A stretch of 64,000 nt of DNA from Turneriella sp. (GTDB lineage Bacteria > Spirochaetota > Leptospiria > Turneriellales > Turneriellaceae), in contig CBDIID010000003.1 of assembly GCA_965279515.1 (NCBI GenBank), positions 4,640,001 to 4,704,000 on the forward strand, read 5' to 3'. The number at the start of each line of letters is the position of its first letter. Positions within the stretch are counted from its first letter, which is position 1. The position numbers and the translations under genes were made by a program. Below, piece by piece: positions 29,270 through 38,783 of the stretch. The notes under the pieces were generated by a model. It worked only from the letters and a program-made list of their open reading frames with translations. It made no database searches and was not told the origin of the DNA.

Positions 29270-29698
29270 ATGCAGACTCTCCGCAAGATAGAGCTCTCCG
29301 CTGCAGCCACCGCGGTGACCTTGCTCGTCCTCTGCTCGCTGGCCATCATTGTATTGCGGCTTTTTACCTCGACTGCCTGGTCGGTGGGCGCCGTCGATGC
29401 TTTGTCTGCATACCCTTCGCACCTGATGGTCATCGCGGCGCTCCTGGGCGGGTCGTTAGCTCTCAGCCGCGGTGAGACGCTCAAAATCGAGGTTTTGAAT
29501 AACCTTTTGACTGAAAAACGCCGTGTCCTCGTGCAGCGCATTGTTGCAGTGGTCGGAGTGATTTTCTTCGGGGGTTTTATCGCGCTTGTGGTGCGCTATC
29601 TTACCGTCGACTACCGGCCCGTCGTGGCTTTTGTCTACCTGCCGCTGATGTTTTTGATTCTGGTGAAGGTTTTCGCTCTCAGTCTCTCTGCGAAATGA
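29270..29698 (+). CDS. DctQ-like (TRAP small permease-like) 4-TM protein
   Basis: [19 protein letters not shown] resembles the DctQ signature; GGAGG SD. Confidence 0.55.
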   Translation: MQTLRKIELSAAATAVTLLVLCSLAIIVLRLFTSTAWSVGAVDALSAYPSHLMVIAALLGGSLALSRGETLKIEVLNNLLTEKRRVLVQRIVAVVGVIFFGGFIALVVRYLTVDYRPVVAFVYLPLMFLILVKVFALSLSAK

Positions 29699-31716
29699 CG
29701 CTACGGTATTCGATCGTTGCTGCGCTGCCGCTGCTCTTTACCGGGGCCGCGTTTAATGGCAGTTTTCCTTCAGGTTTTGCTGTCGAGCACAGCTATAAAG
29801 TCAGGAACAGCTCATTCTCGGGTATCTCTGCGCTCGATACTTCGCTGCTCAGGGATGATACCCGTATCACTGCAGTGGCGGCTGCAGCAGATCGTTTCGT
29901 TATCGGCACGTCGAACCGCGGTGTCTTTGAGAGTTTCGACAGCGGCAAATCGTGGTCGCATGCCGACGCCGACAAAATACCGATGTTGACCGATACCGGC
30001 AATCAGCGGCAGGTCTATGCCTTCGACGACGGTGCCCGCCTGCTCACGCATAAACACGATATTTTGGTGCGTACCGGCAAAACCTGGCAACCGGTAAAAT
30101 CAGATATGGGACGCTCGGTGATTTTTACCGCGATCCACCGCGGCAAAAATACGCTCTACCTCGGTACCTCGGTGAACGGTCTCAAAGCCGCGCCCTTGAC
30201 GCAGAACAACTATCAATCCCTCTTGAATGGAGAGGAATTCAAACTCAAATTTAAAACTATCAACGCAGGCATGCCGGGCAGGCCGCACAGTAAGTCACAT
30301 TTTATGTATGAAGAAGTGCAGGCGATCGACGAGCTTGCGGATGGAGACGTTCTGGTGGCGACGGGGCCTTCGCCGGCAATTTATTTAAAGCCCAGGGATA
30401 GCGGGCGCTTTCAGAAAGTCGCTGTCGCGAAACTATCTGACGCTTTGGACGAATGTAAATCTGTCAGTGCCGTCGCCCGCAATAAAGTTGTGCTGAGTTG
30501 CAGCCGGGGCGTCTGGTCGGGTTCGCTCGATAACCCCGACTGGAATTTCACCGCGCAAGTTGCAATCGTGCCGGATGCCGCCGCCTATGGTGGTTATGCG
30601 CTCACGGATGCCGACGGTAACCGTCTCAGCTTTGTAGGTTTTAAGAGCCGGCTGACAAACGAGAAAAGGCAGCGGATGCAGAATGCCGCTGGCCAGCGGG
30701 TCATGTATGCATCTGCATATACGTGGAGCAAAAGACAGGGCCAGGTGCTGGCCGAACTCAAGAGCGGTTTCTGGACGGGGCTCGTCATCGACGGCAAGGA
30801 TGACAACGGCATAATCCGTTTTGACAGCGATGTGCCGCTCGCGCGTTCGATCGGCGCGGTGCGGCCGCTCTATAAAATGGCGGACGTGGCGGCAAAAGTA
30901 CATGCCTTAGGTAAGCGGCTCATTGTCCGCCTTGTCATCTTCAAGGACCCGAAACTCTTTGAGCGCGAGGGTTATGCCATTCTCGACGCTGCGGGCGGTA
31001 AGTGGAAGGGTACAGAAAAAGAACGCTGGATCGACCCCTACAACCCGAATCTGCTCAGTGAATATTATGCACCGATGATGCGCGAACTCACGGACCGCGG
31101 CGTCGACGAGATCCAGCTGGATTACATCCGGTTTCCCTCAGATGGTCCGGTCGGCCGCTGCCGCTTCTCGCATAAGAAAGCGCTGTGGCAGGAGGTCATA
31201 CGGGCGGCGACCCCCGCGATTGCAAAGCAATCGCTTTGGTCTGGGTCGCCGCCGGATTATTATTATTCAGAGGCGCTCGAGAATTTTCTGACCGGGGTGA
31301 GGCAGGCGACGCCGCTGGCGATCGGCGCCGATATCTACGGTTACAACGGCATGTACCGCGTACCGGGTTCCATCGGGCAGGATCTCGAGGTCTATGGCCG
31401 TGTGCTCGATGTCATATCGCCTATGCATTATAGCTCCCACTTCGGCGACGACTATATGCGGCACCTGCCGCGCGATGAGCGCGCGTATAATCTGCTGCTT
31501 TTGGCCTTGTCGCGCGGAACGTTTTTTGCGAAGGGCGAATTTGTCATGCGGCCCTACATTCAGGCATTTTCGATGAAAGACGGCCTGTGGGGTTATGGCA
31601 AAAAATACTTCGCCGACCAGATTAAGGGCGTCGCCGATGGTGGCGGCAGCGGCTTCCTGTTTTGGGGTAAGCTTGACGATATGACGCTCGTGCGCAAAAC
31701 ACAGGTAGGTCCCTGA
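29695..31716 (+). CDS. Exported putative glycoside hydrolase (DUF4015-like TIM barrel) with N-terminal propeller region
   Basis: VIFKDP, WIDPY, DEIQLDYIRFP, IGQDLE, SPMHYSSHF, RPYIQAF. Confidence 0.8.
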   Translation: MTLRYSIVAALPLLFTGAAFNGSFPSGFAVEHSYKVRNSSFSGISALDTSLLRDDTRITAVAAAADRFVIGTSNRGVFESFDSGKSWSHADADKIPMLTDTGNQRQVYAFDDGARLLTHKHDILVRTGKTWQPVKSDMGRSVIFTAIHRGKNTLYLGTSVNGLKAAPLTQNNYQSLLNGEEFKLKFKTINAGMPGRPHSKSHFMYEEVQAIDELADGDVLVATGPSPAIYLKPRDSGRFQKVAVAKLSDALDECKSVSAVARNKVVLSCSRGVWSGSLDNPDWNFTAQVAIVPDAAAYGGYALTDADGNRLSFVGFKSRLTNEKRQRMQNAAGQRVMYASAYTWSKRQGQVLAELKSGFWTGLVIDGKDDNGIIRFDSDVPLARSIGAVRPLYKMADVAAKVHALGKRLIVRLVIFKDPKLFEREGYAILDAAGGKWKGTEKERWIDPYNPNLLSEYYAPMMRELTDRGVDEIQLDYIRFPSDGPVGRCRFSHKKALWQEVIRAATPAIAKQSLWSGSPPDYYYSEALENFLTGVRQATPLAIGADIYGYNGMYRVPGSIGQDLEVYGRVLDVISPMHYSSHFGDDYMRHLPRDERAYNLLLLALSRGTFFAKGEFVMRPYIQAFSMKDGLWGYGKKYFADQIKGVADGGGSGFLFWGKLDDMTLVRKTQVGP

Positions 31717-31717
31717 A

Positions 31718-32554
31718 ATGTATTCAACGCCGCGTGTCACTTGGACTGTTATGCGCATCCTCTGGATGCAGATCGCGCTGTGCACCGCGATCATTCTTGA
31801 AGCCGCGATTTTTGGCAAACATTCGCTCGCACGCATCTTCGAGCTGACGTACAATAACATTTTCCAGCGCGGTGAAGTCTGGCAGCTCTTCACGAGCACG
31901 CTGGTGCATGCGAATCCCTTCCAGCTGCTCTTCAATGCGCTGACGCTGTGGATGTTCGGTTCAGAGCTCGAGCAGCGCTGGGGCCGCAGTGTGTTCTTCC
32001 GGTTTTACCTGGCCTGCGCCCTGGGGTCGAGCCTTGCCTTCCTGGGGCTCTCAGCCATCTTTCCGCTGATGCGCAATGATATTTTCACGACCTCTACGGG
32101 GGTAAATTTAGGACTGCTCATCGCCTATGCGATCTACTGGCCCGACCGGCAGATTTGGTTCTTTTTCCTTTTCCCTTTGCGCATGAAATTTGTGGCGCTC
32201 ATTACCGGTGTGATTGCCATTATGTATGCGATTTCCTCGGCGCCGTTCGCGCTCGCCGCTGCCGGCCACGTGGGTGGCCTCATTGCGGCGGGGCTTATCC
32301 TGTTGTTATCGGGTGGCGAACCCGCGCGCCTCGACCGGCCTTTCCAAAAGCTCGCCGAAAAATTCCGGCGCGTCGAAGTGAAGTCGACCGGCAAAGGTGC
32401 GGGTAAGGGCAAAGGCGAAGCGGGGGAAAACCTCGAGGTCAAAATCGATGCGATTCTGGACAAAATCTCGCGCGGCGGCATGAAGAGTTTAACCAGCGAA
32501 GAAAAACAATTTCTCCGCGATGCATCCGACCGGATGAATAAGACAAAACACTAA
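31718..32554 (+). CDS. Rhomboid-family membrane protein (catalytic motif degenerate) with C-terminal DUF6576-like tail
   Basis: WQLFT, LWMFGSELEQRWG and GHVGG; IDAILDKISRGG..SLT.EEKQFL tail. Confidence 0.85.
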   Translation: MYSTPRVTWTVMRILWMQIALCTAIILEAAIFGKHSLARIFELTYNNIFQRGEVWQLFTSTLVHANPFQLLFNALTLWMFGSELEQRWGRSVFFRFYLACALGSSLAFLGLSAIFPLMRNDIFTTSTGVNLGLLIAYAIYWPDRQIWFFFLFPLRMKFVALITGVIAIMYAISSAPFALAAAGHVGGLIAAGLILLLSGGEPARLDRPFQKLAEKFRRVEVKSTGKGAGKGKGEAGENLEVKIDAILDKISRGGMKSLTSEEKQFLRDASDRMNKTKH

Positions 32555-34633
32555 TTATTCAGGAAACGTAATATACTCTTGCCGGTGATTTTCGTCGTGG
32601 TACTTGCGGTCATATGTCGGGTTCTGTTTCACCTGATCTTCCACAGAACGTTTAAGACCCGCATGCTTCAGGCTTTCGAGATCTGTTTTGGGTTGGTAAG
32701 AGGATATCTTGCTGTAAAGCGCCTCCATCTCATAACGGTCGAAGGGGTCGGAAAACAATTTCTGTAAAAAAGAATAGATCGCAAGCGGCGATTCTGTGCT
32801 GCCGCTGTCGGTGAGTATCTCATACGCCAGCGCTGCGCTTTTTTTGCGGTCGCGCTTGATAGCATAGAGTTCCATGAGCAGCTTCTTGTCGTAACTGGTA
32901 TTGTCCTTTTTCAGTTGAATGAGGCTTGTCAGAATCTGGATCTGCCGGTCGATCAGGCCGCGCGCCGCCGCCAAGGCCGAAAGCTCGCGCAGAAAAGCCG
33001 GATCGTCTTTATAAAAGGGGAGAATCTGCTCATAGAGATTCATCGCCTCACTGACCAGGTCGCGTTTTTTTTCGGCACGCGCAAGACTCATGAGCCGAGG
33101 TGCGTTTTCAGAATTGATGGCCTTCGCCATCGCCGTCTCTCCCGCGATGCTTTGCCCTAAATTTTTGATATTGCGCAGGTTACCGCCGTCCGCGATGAAA
33201 ATTTCGCAGTGGCCGAAATAATCGAGCATGCGGCGCAGCGCGATGAGTGCGGCGGGGGCCGCGTAGTTTTCGAGGCTCTTTTCGTCGAGAAAGTAAGTGC
33301 GGTCCCATTTACGCACATAGCAGGCATAACCAAGCTTGAGTGCAAAAAAAGCCGGGTTCGCGTCGAAGGTCGCGATATTTTGTCCCTGCCATGACGGATC
33401 GCCGAGCAACTCGTCGGGCAGCATGTTCGTGAACAGCGTATGGCCCGATGTCTTTTGCAGCGATAAGATCGTCATTAAGAGGCCTGCATCCGGAAGCTGT
33501 GGCTTATGGACTTTAAGCCCGGGCGAACGGAAAAATTCGCGCGTGACCGAGTTTGAGTACTTCCACTGGATTGCCAGTACCCAGCCGATGACGGCGACGG
33601 CGAAGAGGGCGGTGATCGCTTTGCGCCAGTTCTTGGCGACATAGATGAGGATTCCCGTCAGAAACAGGGCGATGAGTACGCCCAGGAGAATCTGCAGCCA
33701 TTCTGAGGCGATATAATAACCGCTGATAGCGCCGCCGATCGCAAGGCCGGCGAGAATTTTCTCACGCCTGAGGTAAATTTCATGCGCCTTCGAGAAGTAT
33801 AAACCCTCCCAAATCGCCAGCAGCGAGTAGGCGGCGGCGCCCCAGTAGGTGTAGTGCAGAAAATTAAAAGTCACCGCCAATACGATGAACATCACGGGCA
33901 GCGACATGAGCCCCTGCTGTATGTGCGGCCGCACCGTGCCGAAGTAGCGGATGAGCTGCGGTACGACCAACCCGACTGCGCAGATCAGCACCACGAACAG
34001 CAGATGTTCGCGGTTCTGCCCCAGCGTGGCATGGAATGCCTGGGCGAGAAAGAGATAGCGTAAAAAATCGATGAGCTGCCGGAGTGTCAGCAGGCGTTCG
34101 AGCGCAACATCCCACGCTCTGCCTTCCTGCGCGCGCGCGAGCAGAATCGCCACTGCGGCGAAGAGCGGGGCGAAGCGCGGATTTTCCAGGAACCGTCCGG
34201 CATAGAGCGAGAGAATGACACCCAGCAGCAGGTAAATTTTCGCCGCCTGGAAGAAAAAGGCATGGCGGGCCAGTTCATACCAAAGAACGAGCGAGAGCAG
34301 CGTCAGCGGTACCGGGAAAAACAGGTAGGCATTGTCAGCGCCGAAAGCCTGGAACAGGAAAAAGAGCGCAGCGTTGATGACGGTAACAATAATCAAAGTA
34401 ACAGTAAATTTCTTCCACGAACGAGCGGGCGCGACCTTGTGGAGCGCTGCGGCAAGAAAAGCGATGCCGAAAAGTATCAGCGCAAACTGCGTCAGCGGAA
34501 AAAAACCGCGGTAGAACGGGAAAAAATTGTCGAGCAGGCCGCGGAAATAAAGAAAAAAGCTAAATCCCCAGAAAAACGCCGAGAACCGGAAAAAAACATC
34601 CTTGCGGTTGCCTTTCCGGAACCAGTTAAACAT
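32555..34633 (-). CDS. Polytopic membrane protein with soluble helical C-terminus
   Basis: Many hydrophobic segments followed by a TPR-like region; downstream of exbD. Confidence 0.75.
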   Translation of the reverse strand: MFNWFRKGNRKDVFFRFSAFFWGFSFFLYFRGLLDNFFPFYRGFFPLTQFALILFGIAFLAAALHKVAPARSWKKFTVTLIIVTVINAALFFLFQAFGADNAYLFFPVPLTLLSLVLWYELARHAFFFQAAKIYLLLGVILSLYAGRFLENPRFAPLFAAVAILLARAQEGRAWDVALERLLTLRQLIDFLRYLFLAQAFHATLGQNREHLLFVVLICAVGLVVPQLIRYFGTVRPHIQQGLMSLPVMFIVLAVTFNFLHYTYWGAAAYSLLAIWEGLYFSKAHEIYLRREKILAGLAIGGAISGYYIASEWLQILLGVLIALFLTGILIYVAKNWRKAITALFAVAVIGWVLAIQWKYSNSVTREFFRSPGLKVHKPQLPDAGLLMTILSLQKTSGHTLFTNMLPDELLGDPSWQGQNIATFDANPAFFALKLGYACYVRKWDRTYFLDEKSLENYAAPAALIALRRMLDYFGHCEIFIADGGNLRNIKNLGQSIAGETAMAKAINSENAPRLMSLARAEKKRDLVSEAMNLYEQILPFYKDDPAFLRELSALAAARGLIDRQIQILTSLIQLKKDNTSYDKKLLMELYAIKRDRKKSAALAYEILTDSGSTESPLAIYSFLQKLFSDPFDRYEMEALYSKISSYQPKTDLESLKHAGLKRSVEDQVKQNPTYDRKYHDENHRQEYITFPE

Positions 34634-34635
34634 GA

Positions 34636-35034
34636 CTATTTGTCTGTGGCAAGATTAAAGCGCGTCACTCCCGCTTTATTGAGTTCATCCATCACTGAGA
34701 TAACCATCTGGTACGAAGAGCGTTTATCGCCGCGGATGATGACCTGGTCTTTTTCTTTGTCTTTGATGAGATCGACAACGGTTTTACCGAGTTCTTTCAA
34801 AGCCACGTTTTTCTCATTCACAAAAATCTGGTTTTCCTGGTTGATGAGAACGATCAGCGGTTGCGTCTCGGCAGACTGCGAGGTATCTGATTTCGGCAGT
34901 TCGATCTTGATCGAGGGGTTGTTCGCCAGCGTCGCATTCATGAGAAAGTACGTCACGAGCAGAAAAAGAATGTCTACGAACGGCGCGAGCTCGATGCCCG
35001 TGCGGATATTGAGGCGCTTACGTGTGCGCAGCAT
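34636..35034 (-). CDS. exbD: ExbD/TolR biopolymer transport protein
   Basis: LAPFVDILFLLVTYF, IELPK, IIRGDK. Confidence 0.92.
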   Translation of the reverse strand: MLRTRKRLNIRTGIELAPFVDILFLLVTYFLMNATLANNPSIKIELPKSDTSQSAETQPLIVLINQENQIFVNEKNVALKELGKTVVDLIKDKEKDQVIIRGDKRSSYQMVISVMDELNKAGVTRFNLATDK

Positions 35035-35654
35035 TATTCGAGTTCTTTAACCGCGCGTTCAACCAGCATCTCGCACTCATCCATGAGCTGGTTGGTGCGC
35101 TTCACATAATAGTTGAAAAAGATCAGCGCCGGAATCGCTATCATGAGACCCAGGGTCGTCGTGATGAGCGCCTCGTGGATACCGACGGTCAGCTGGTCGG
35201 AGCGACCTGCAGCGCGCGCAAATGCGCTGAACGCCTTGATCATCCCCGTTACCGTACCTAAAAGGCCGAGCATCGGCGCAAGCGTGGTTGTCGTACCCAG
35301 GAACGAAGTAAAACGTTCCATCGAGGTCTGTTCCGTGAGGATTTCTTCCTTTGCCAGGGCCAGTATGTCGGGCGAAGCGGCACGGTTTTCCAGGATACGC
35401 GCAACCGTGCGAAAGCCGGGGTGCAGTTTACCGGTGCAGAACTCTTTTGCCTGATCGTATTTTTTTGCAGAGATCAGGGCGATGAGGGCACGGCCATCTT
35501 CATGGACCAGCGGCGCATTGGCCCGAAACAGTATATAGCCGCGCTCCAGGGCGACGGTAAGCATCAGGATGGAAATGATCACGAGGATGGCGGAAATAAG
35601 CGAACTCGGCAGGCCGCCGATTCCCTGCGCCAGATACGAGTTAAAACTGTGCAT
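35034..35654 (-). CDS. exbB: MotA/TolQ/ExbB proton channel
   Basis: APMLGLLGTVTGMI, GIHEALITT..GL.IAIP. Confidence 0.92.
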   Translation of the reverse strand: MHSFNSYLAQGIGGLPSSLISAILVIISILMLTVALERGYILFRANAPLVHEDGRALIALISAKKYDQAKEFCTGKLHPGFRTVARILENRAASPDILALAKEEILTEQTSMERFTSFLGTTTTLAPMLGLLGTVTGMIKAFSAFARAAGRSDQLTVGIHEALITTTLGLMIAIPALIFFNYYVKRTNQLMDECEMLVERAVKELE

Positions 35655-35748
35655 ATCTCAGACTCGATTTTTGAGTCTTACCGGCAACCGGGAAAATACA
35701 AGGATTTGGGTTCACGCGCTGTGTGATTTTCCGTTCCATGCACCCGAT

Positions 35749-36093
35749 ATGGTATCTTTTTCACCGCCACTCATTGCGCTGATCGTGGTTACGGCGCTAG
35801 CGCTCGGTGCCTTCCTGTATTTTTCCGTGCAGATGCACCGCGCGAAAGACCGTGCGCTCGCATGGCGCGGCATCGTTAAATTGCTGTCGCTCCATGGCGT
35901 ACCCGAAGCTCTCGCGCCTGTTTATACGAAATGGTTTGCCGCATTCTGGGCTTTTTTCCTGCTCGGCTGTATCAGTGTCGGGTATGTCGTCTGGGGCACG
36001 GACCATTCGTTTCTGATCGTGATTTTTCCGCTGCTGTTCTATTATTTCTTTGCGCGCTTTTTCCTCTGGGAAAAAGCCGACCTCACCGATTAA
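35749..36093 (+). CDS. Small 3-TM hypothetical protein
   Basis: Hydrophobic ORF; start moved to ATG 35749. Confidence 0.6.
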   Translation: MVSFSPPLIALIVVTALALGAFLYFSVQMHRAKDRALAWRGIVKLLSLHGVPEALAPVYTKWFAAFWAFFLLGCISVGYVVWGTDHSFLIVIFPLLFYYFFARFFLWEKADLTD

Positions 36094-36781
36094 CTGCTTG
36101 CGCCGCCTCGCCGTTCTCGAAGAAGTCGATTCGACGAATAGTTGGCTGAAGCAGAATCCGGATTTCCACCGGCCCTGGAGCGGCGTGCGCGCGCTGCGCC
36201 AAACCGCGGGTCGCGGCAGGCTCGACCGCCAGTGGCATTCCGGCGCGCCGGGAACTGATTTGACCTGCTCTTTTGTCATGCCGGCACCGAAAGGTACGCT
36301 GCATGCTGTGCCGTTATTTGCGGCATGGGCTCTTCACCAGACTGTTTCATATTATGCGGATGTCAGAATCAAGTGGCCGAACGACCTGCTCTGGGATGGC
36401 AAAAAGCTGGCCGGCATTCTCTGCGAATCGTTGCCCCAGCATGCGGGCCTGGTGATCGTCGGCATCGGGCTCAATATCAACTCCGGTGAATTTCCGCCGG
36501 AGATTGCCGGCAATACCGCGTCGCTCACTCTCGCTACGGGGAAATCCCACTCTGTGGAGAGAATCTGGCTCGAACTCTACCGCGATCTCGTGCGTGTATT
36601 CCGCAAAGCGGTATATCCGCTGCCAGCCGGGTTTATACAGGGTTACAATGCAGTGGCGTACCGTTATGTGCGGCGCAGCGACGTGTCCGCAGAGCCGCTT
36701 CAGTTCAAAACATTACTTGCGGATGGCAGGGCGTCTTTTAATGCCGATAACCGCGAGGTTGTTTTAACCATGGCAGAGTAG
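36050..36781 (+). CDS. birA: Biotin-protein ligase without HTH; start uncertain (TTG 36098 possible)
   Basis: VDSTN, QTAGRGRLDR.W, KWPND, KKLAGIL, GIGLN. Confidence 0.9.
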   Translation: MRAFSSGKKPTSPINCLRRLAVLEEVDSTNSWLKQNPDFHRPWSGVRALRQTAGRGRLDRQWHSGAPGTDLTCSFVMPAPKGTLHAVPLFAAWALHQTVSYYADVRIKWPNDLLWDGKKLAGILCESLPQHAGLVIVGIGLNINSGEFPPEIAGNTASLTLATGKSHSVERIWLELYRDLVRVFRKAVYPLPAGFIQGYNAVAYRYVRRSDVSAEPLQFKTLLADGRASFNADNREVVLTMAE

Positions 36782-36796
36782 GCGGGCGTTCGGCGC

Positions 36797-37063
36797 CTAC
36801 CAGCGGCCGATGTCACAGGATGCCTGCGCATAGTGCGCCTTGAGGTGGACGAAACAACCGCAGAGTTTGCAATTCGAGCCGAGCACAAGATACTCGCATT
36901 TTTTACAGACTGCAAGCCTTTCAGCGCGGACTGCTTCCGTGGCGAAATCGCCTTTAACGGTATCAACGGCAGCGTTGAGCAGGGTATATTTTTCGCGCGC
37001 GGCACAATCGCCGCAGGCGGCGCCCTTCTTGGGGAAGAGCATTTTGTTCAGGGTTGCCAGCAT
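36797..37063 (-). CDS. Small Cys-rich protein (DUF6171-like)
   Basis: RLAVCKKC...CKLCGCFV..KA....ASC...W. Confidence 0.75.
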   Translation of the reverse strand: MLATLNKMLFPKKGAACGDCAAREKYTLLNAAVDTVKGDFATEAVRAERLAVCKKCEYLVLGSNCKLCGCFVHLKAHYAQASCDIGRW

Positions 37064-37072
37064 AATGCAGGA

Positions 37073-37738
37073 TTACTCCCGCGCGAATTCAAGGAAATAC
37101 TGCGACGGCAGGAATTTCAGGTCACGTTTCAGCTTAAAGCCGGCCGTTTTGAACTCGCGCTTCACAGTATCTTTATCGACCAGATTTTCCGGAACCTCGC
37201 CTGATTCTTCGTCTGTTTTATCGAGCTTGGTGAAATCAATCACAACGATGCGGCCTTTGGGTTTCAGGTTCTCGGCCAGCGATTTGAAGTAGTTGGTGCG
37301 GTTTTCGAGGTACTGGTAGGTGTTGCAGAAAAAAATCAGGTCGTAGTATTTTTTCTCGAGAACGGGGTTGCGCGATTGAATCACATGCGCCTTATAATTC
37401 GCTGTCAGGTTGCGGTTATTCGCGTCGCGCTGCATAAACTCAACCATGGTCGGATTGATATCGTAGGCGATAGATAAACCCTTAGGGGAAACTTTCTCCG
37501 CAAAACGCCGCGAGAAATAGCCCGTGCCGGCGCCGATGTCGGCAACGATGTCGCCGTTCTTCAGCTTCAGCTCTTGCATCACTTTTTCGGGCATCTGCCA
37601 TTTCTGCCGGTCGGGCGATTCGAGAATGGTCGCGAGGCGCTCGATTTCAGCCGCGGCCTTTATTGCCTGCTCGGCGGCGGGGTCGGTCTTTTTGCAGCTT
37701 ATGGCGAGTATTGCCAGGCAGAGGGATAGGTGTCTCAT
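37073..37738 (-). CDS. Class I SAM methyltransferase with lipoprotein signal
   Basis: ADIGAGTGYF and LKPKGRIVVIDF; MRHLSLCLAILAISC. Confidence 0.85.
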   Translation of the reverse strand: MRHLSLCLAILAISCKKTDPAAEQAIKAAAEIERLATILESPDRQKWQMPEKVMQELKLKNGDIVADIGAGTGYFSRRFAEKVSPKGLSIAYDINPTMVEFMQRDANNRNLTANYKAHVIQSRNPVLEKKYYDLIFFCNTYQYLENRTNYFKSLAENLKPKGRIVVIDFTKLDKTDEESGEVPENLVDKDTVKREFKTAGFKLKRDLKFLPSQYFLEFARE

Positions 37739-37827
37739 GTATCGGTTCAGTTGCATGCGTCTGGGGAGACATAACACTTAAATCGTTGCCACTGCGTCAT
37801 GCAGATTTTTATTTCCGGCGGACAACC

Positions 37828-38781
37828 ATGGCATCGAGTCCCAAAGCAATCTATTACGCCCTTGCCGCCAATGCAGGCATCGCGGCGACGAAATCGCTGG
37901 CAGCGTTTTTTACCGGTTCCACATCGATGACCGCCGAAGCAATCCATTCCTTTGCTGACTGCGGCAACCAGATACTGCTGCTTTTCGGCATGAAGCGCGC
38001 GGCTGCACCTGCCAGCGATCTGCACCCGCTGGGTTATGGCAAGGTCTCTTATTTTTGGTCCTTCATGGTGGCGCTCATGCTGTTTTCGGTGGGTGGTGTC
38101 TTTTCCGTCTATGAAGGCAGCCATAAACTGCTGCATCCGCAGGCCGTCGAAAGGCCGTGGATTGCCGTCGGCGTACTTTTTATCGGCGTGATTCTCGAAT
38201 CGTTTTCTCTCTATGGTGCCCTGAAAGAAATAAAACACACGCGCGGCAGCCGCACCCTCTACCGTTGGTTCAAAGATACACGGCAGAGTGAGCTGATGGT
38301 TGTGGTGGGTGAAGATATCGCCGCGCTTTTGGGTCTTGCGATTGCCTTGCTCTTCGTGTTCCTGACGCTCATCACGGGAAATCCCCTGTTTGATGCCGCC
38401 GGCAGTATCGCGATCGGGCTTCTGCTCATCACGATTGCGACGATGATGACGCTGGAGATTAAGAGTCTTATCATCGGCGAGAGCGCCGACGATGAATTTA
38501 AAAGCGACCTGAAGAATTTTCTCGGAAAAAACTACCCGCAGATTGAACTTCTGAACCTCATCACGCAGCACCATGGCCGCGACATCGTGCTCGCGATTAA
38601 AGCCCGCTTCAGAAAGTGGCCGCCTTCGGCGCGCGCGATGGTCGACCAGATCAATGACATTGAGGCAGCGATCCGGGTTGAATTTGGCGCGGTACGTTTT
38701 ATCTTCTTTGAACCCGATATCACGACCGAAGAGAAAATGCGGGCGGCGGCGAAGAAAAAACGTACACTTAAAAAGAAGTAG
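37828..38781 (+). CDS. Cation diffusion facilitator transporter
   Basis: AEAIHSFADCGNQ, HPLGYGK..YFWSF, EDIAAL. Confidence 0.92.
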   Translation: MASSPKAIYYALAANAGIAATKSLAAFFTGSTSMTAEAIHSFADCGNQILLLFGMKRAAAPASDLHPLGYGKVSYFWSFMVALMLFSVGGVFSVYEGSHKLLHPQAVERPWIAVGVLFIGVILESFSLYGALKEIKHTRGSRTLYRWFKDTRQSELMVVVGEDIAALLGLAIALLFVFLTLITGNPLFDAAGSIAIGLLLITIATMMTLEIKSLIIGESADDEFKSDLKNFLGKNYPQIELLNLITQHHGRDIVLAIKARFRKWPPSARAMVDQINDIEAAIRVEFGAVRFIFFEPDITTEEKMRAAAKKKRTLKKK

Positions 38782-38783
38782 CA

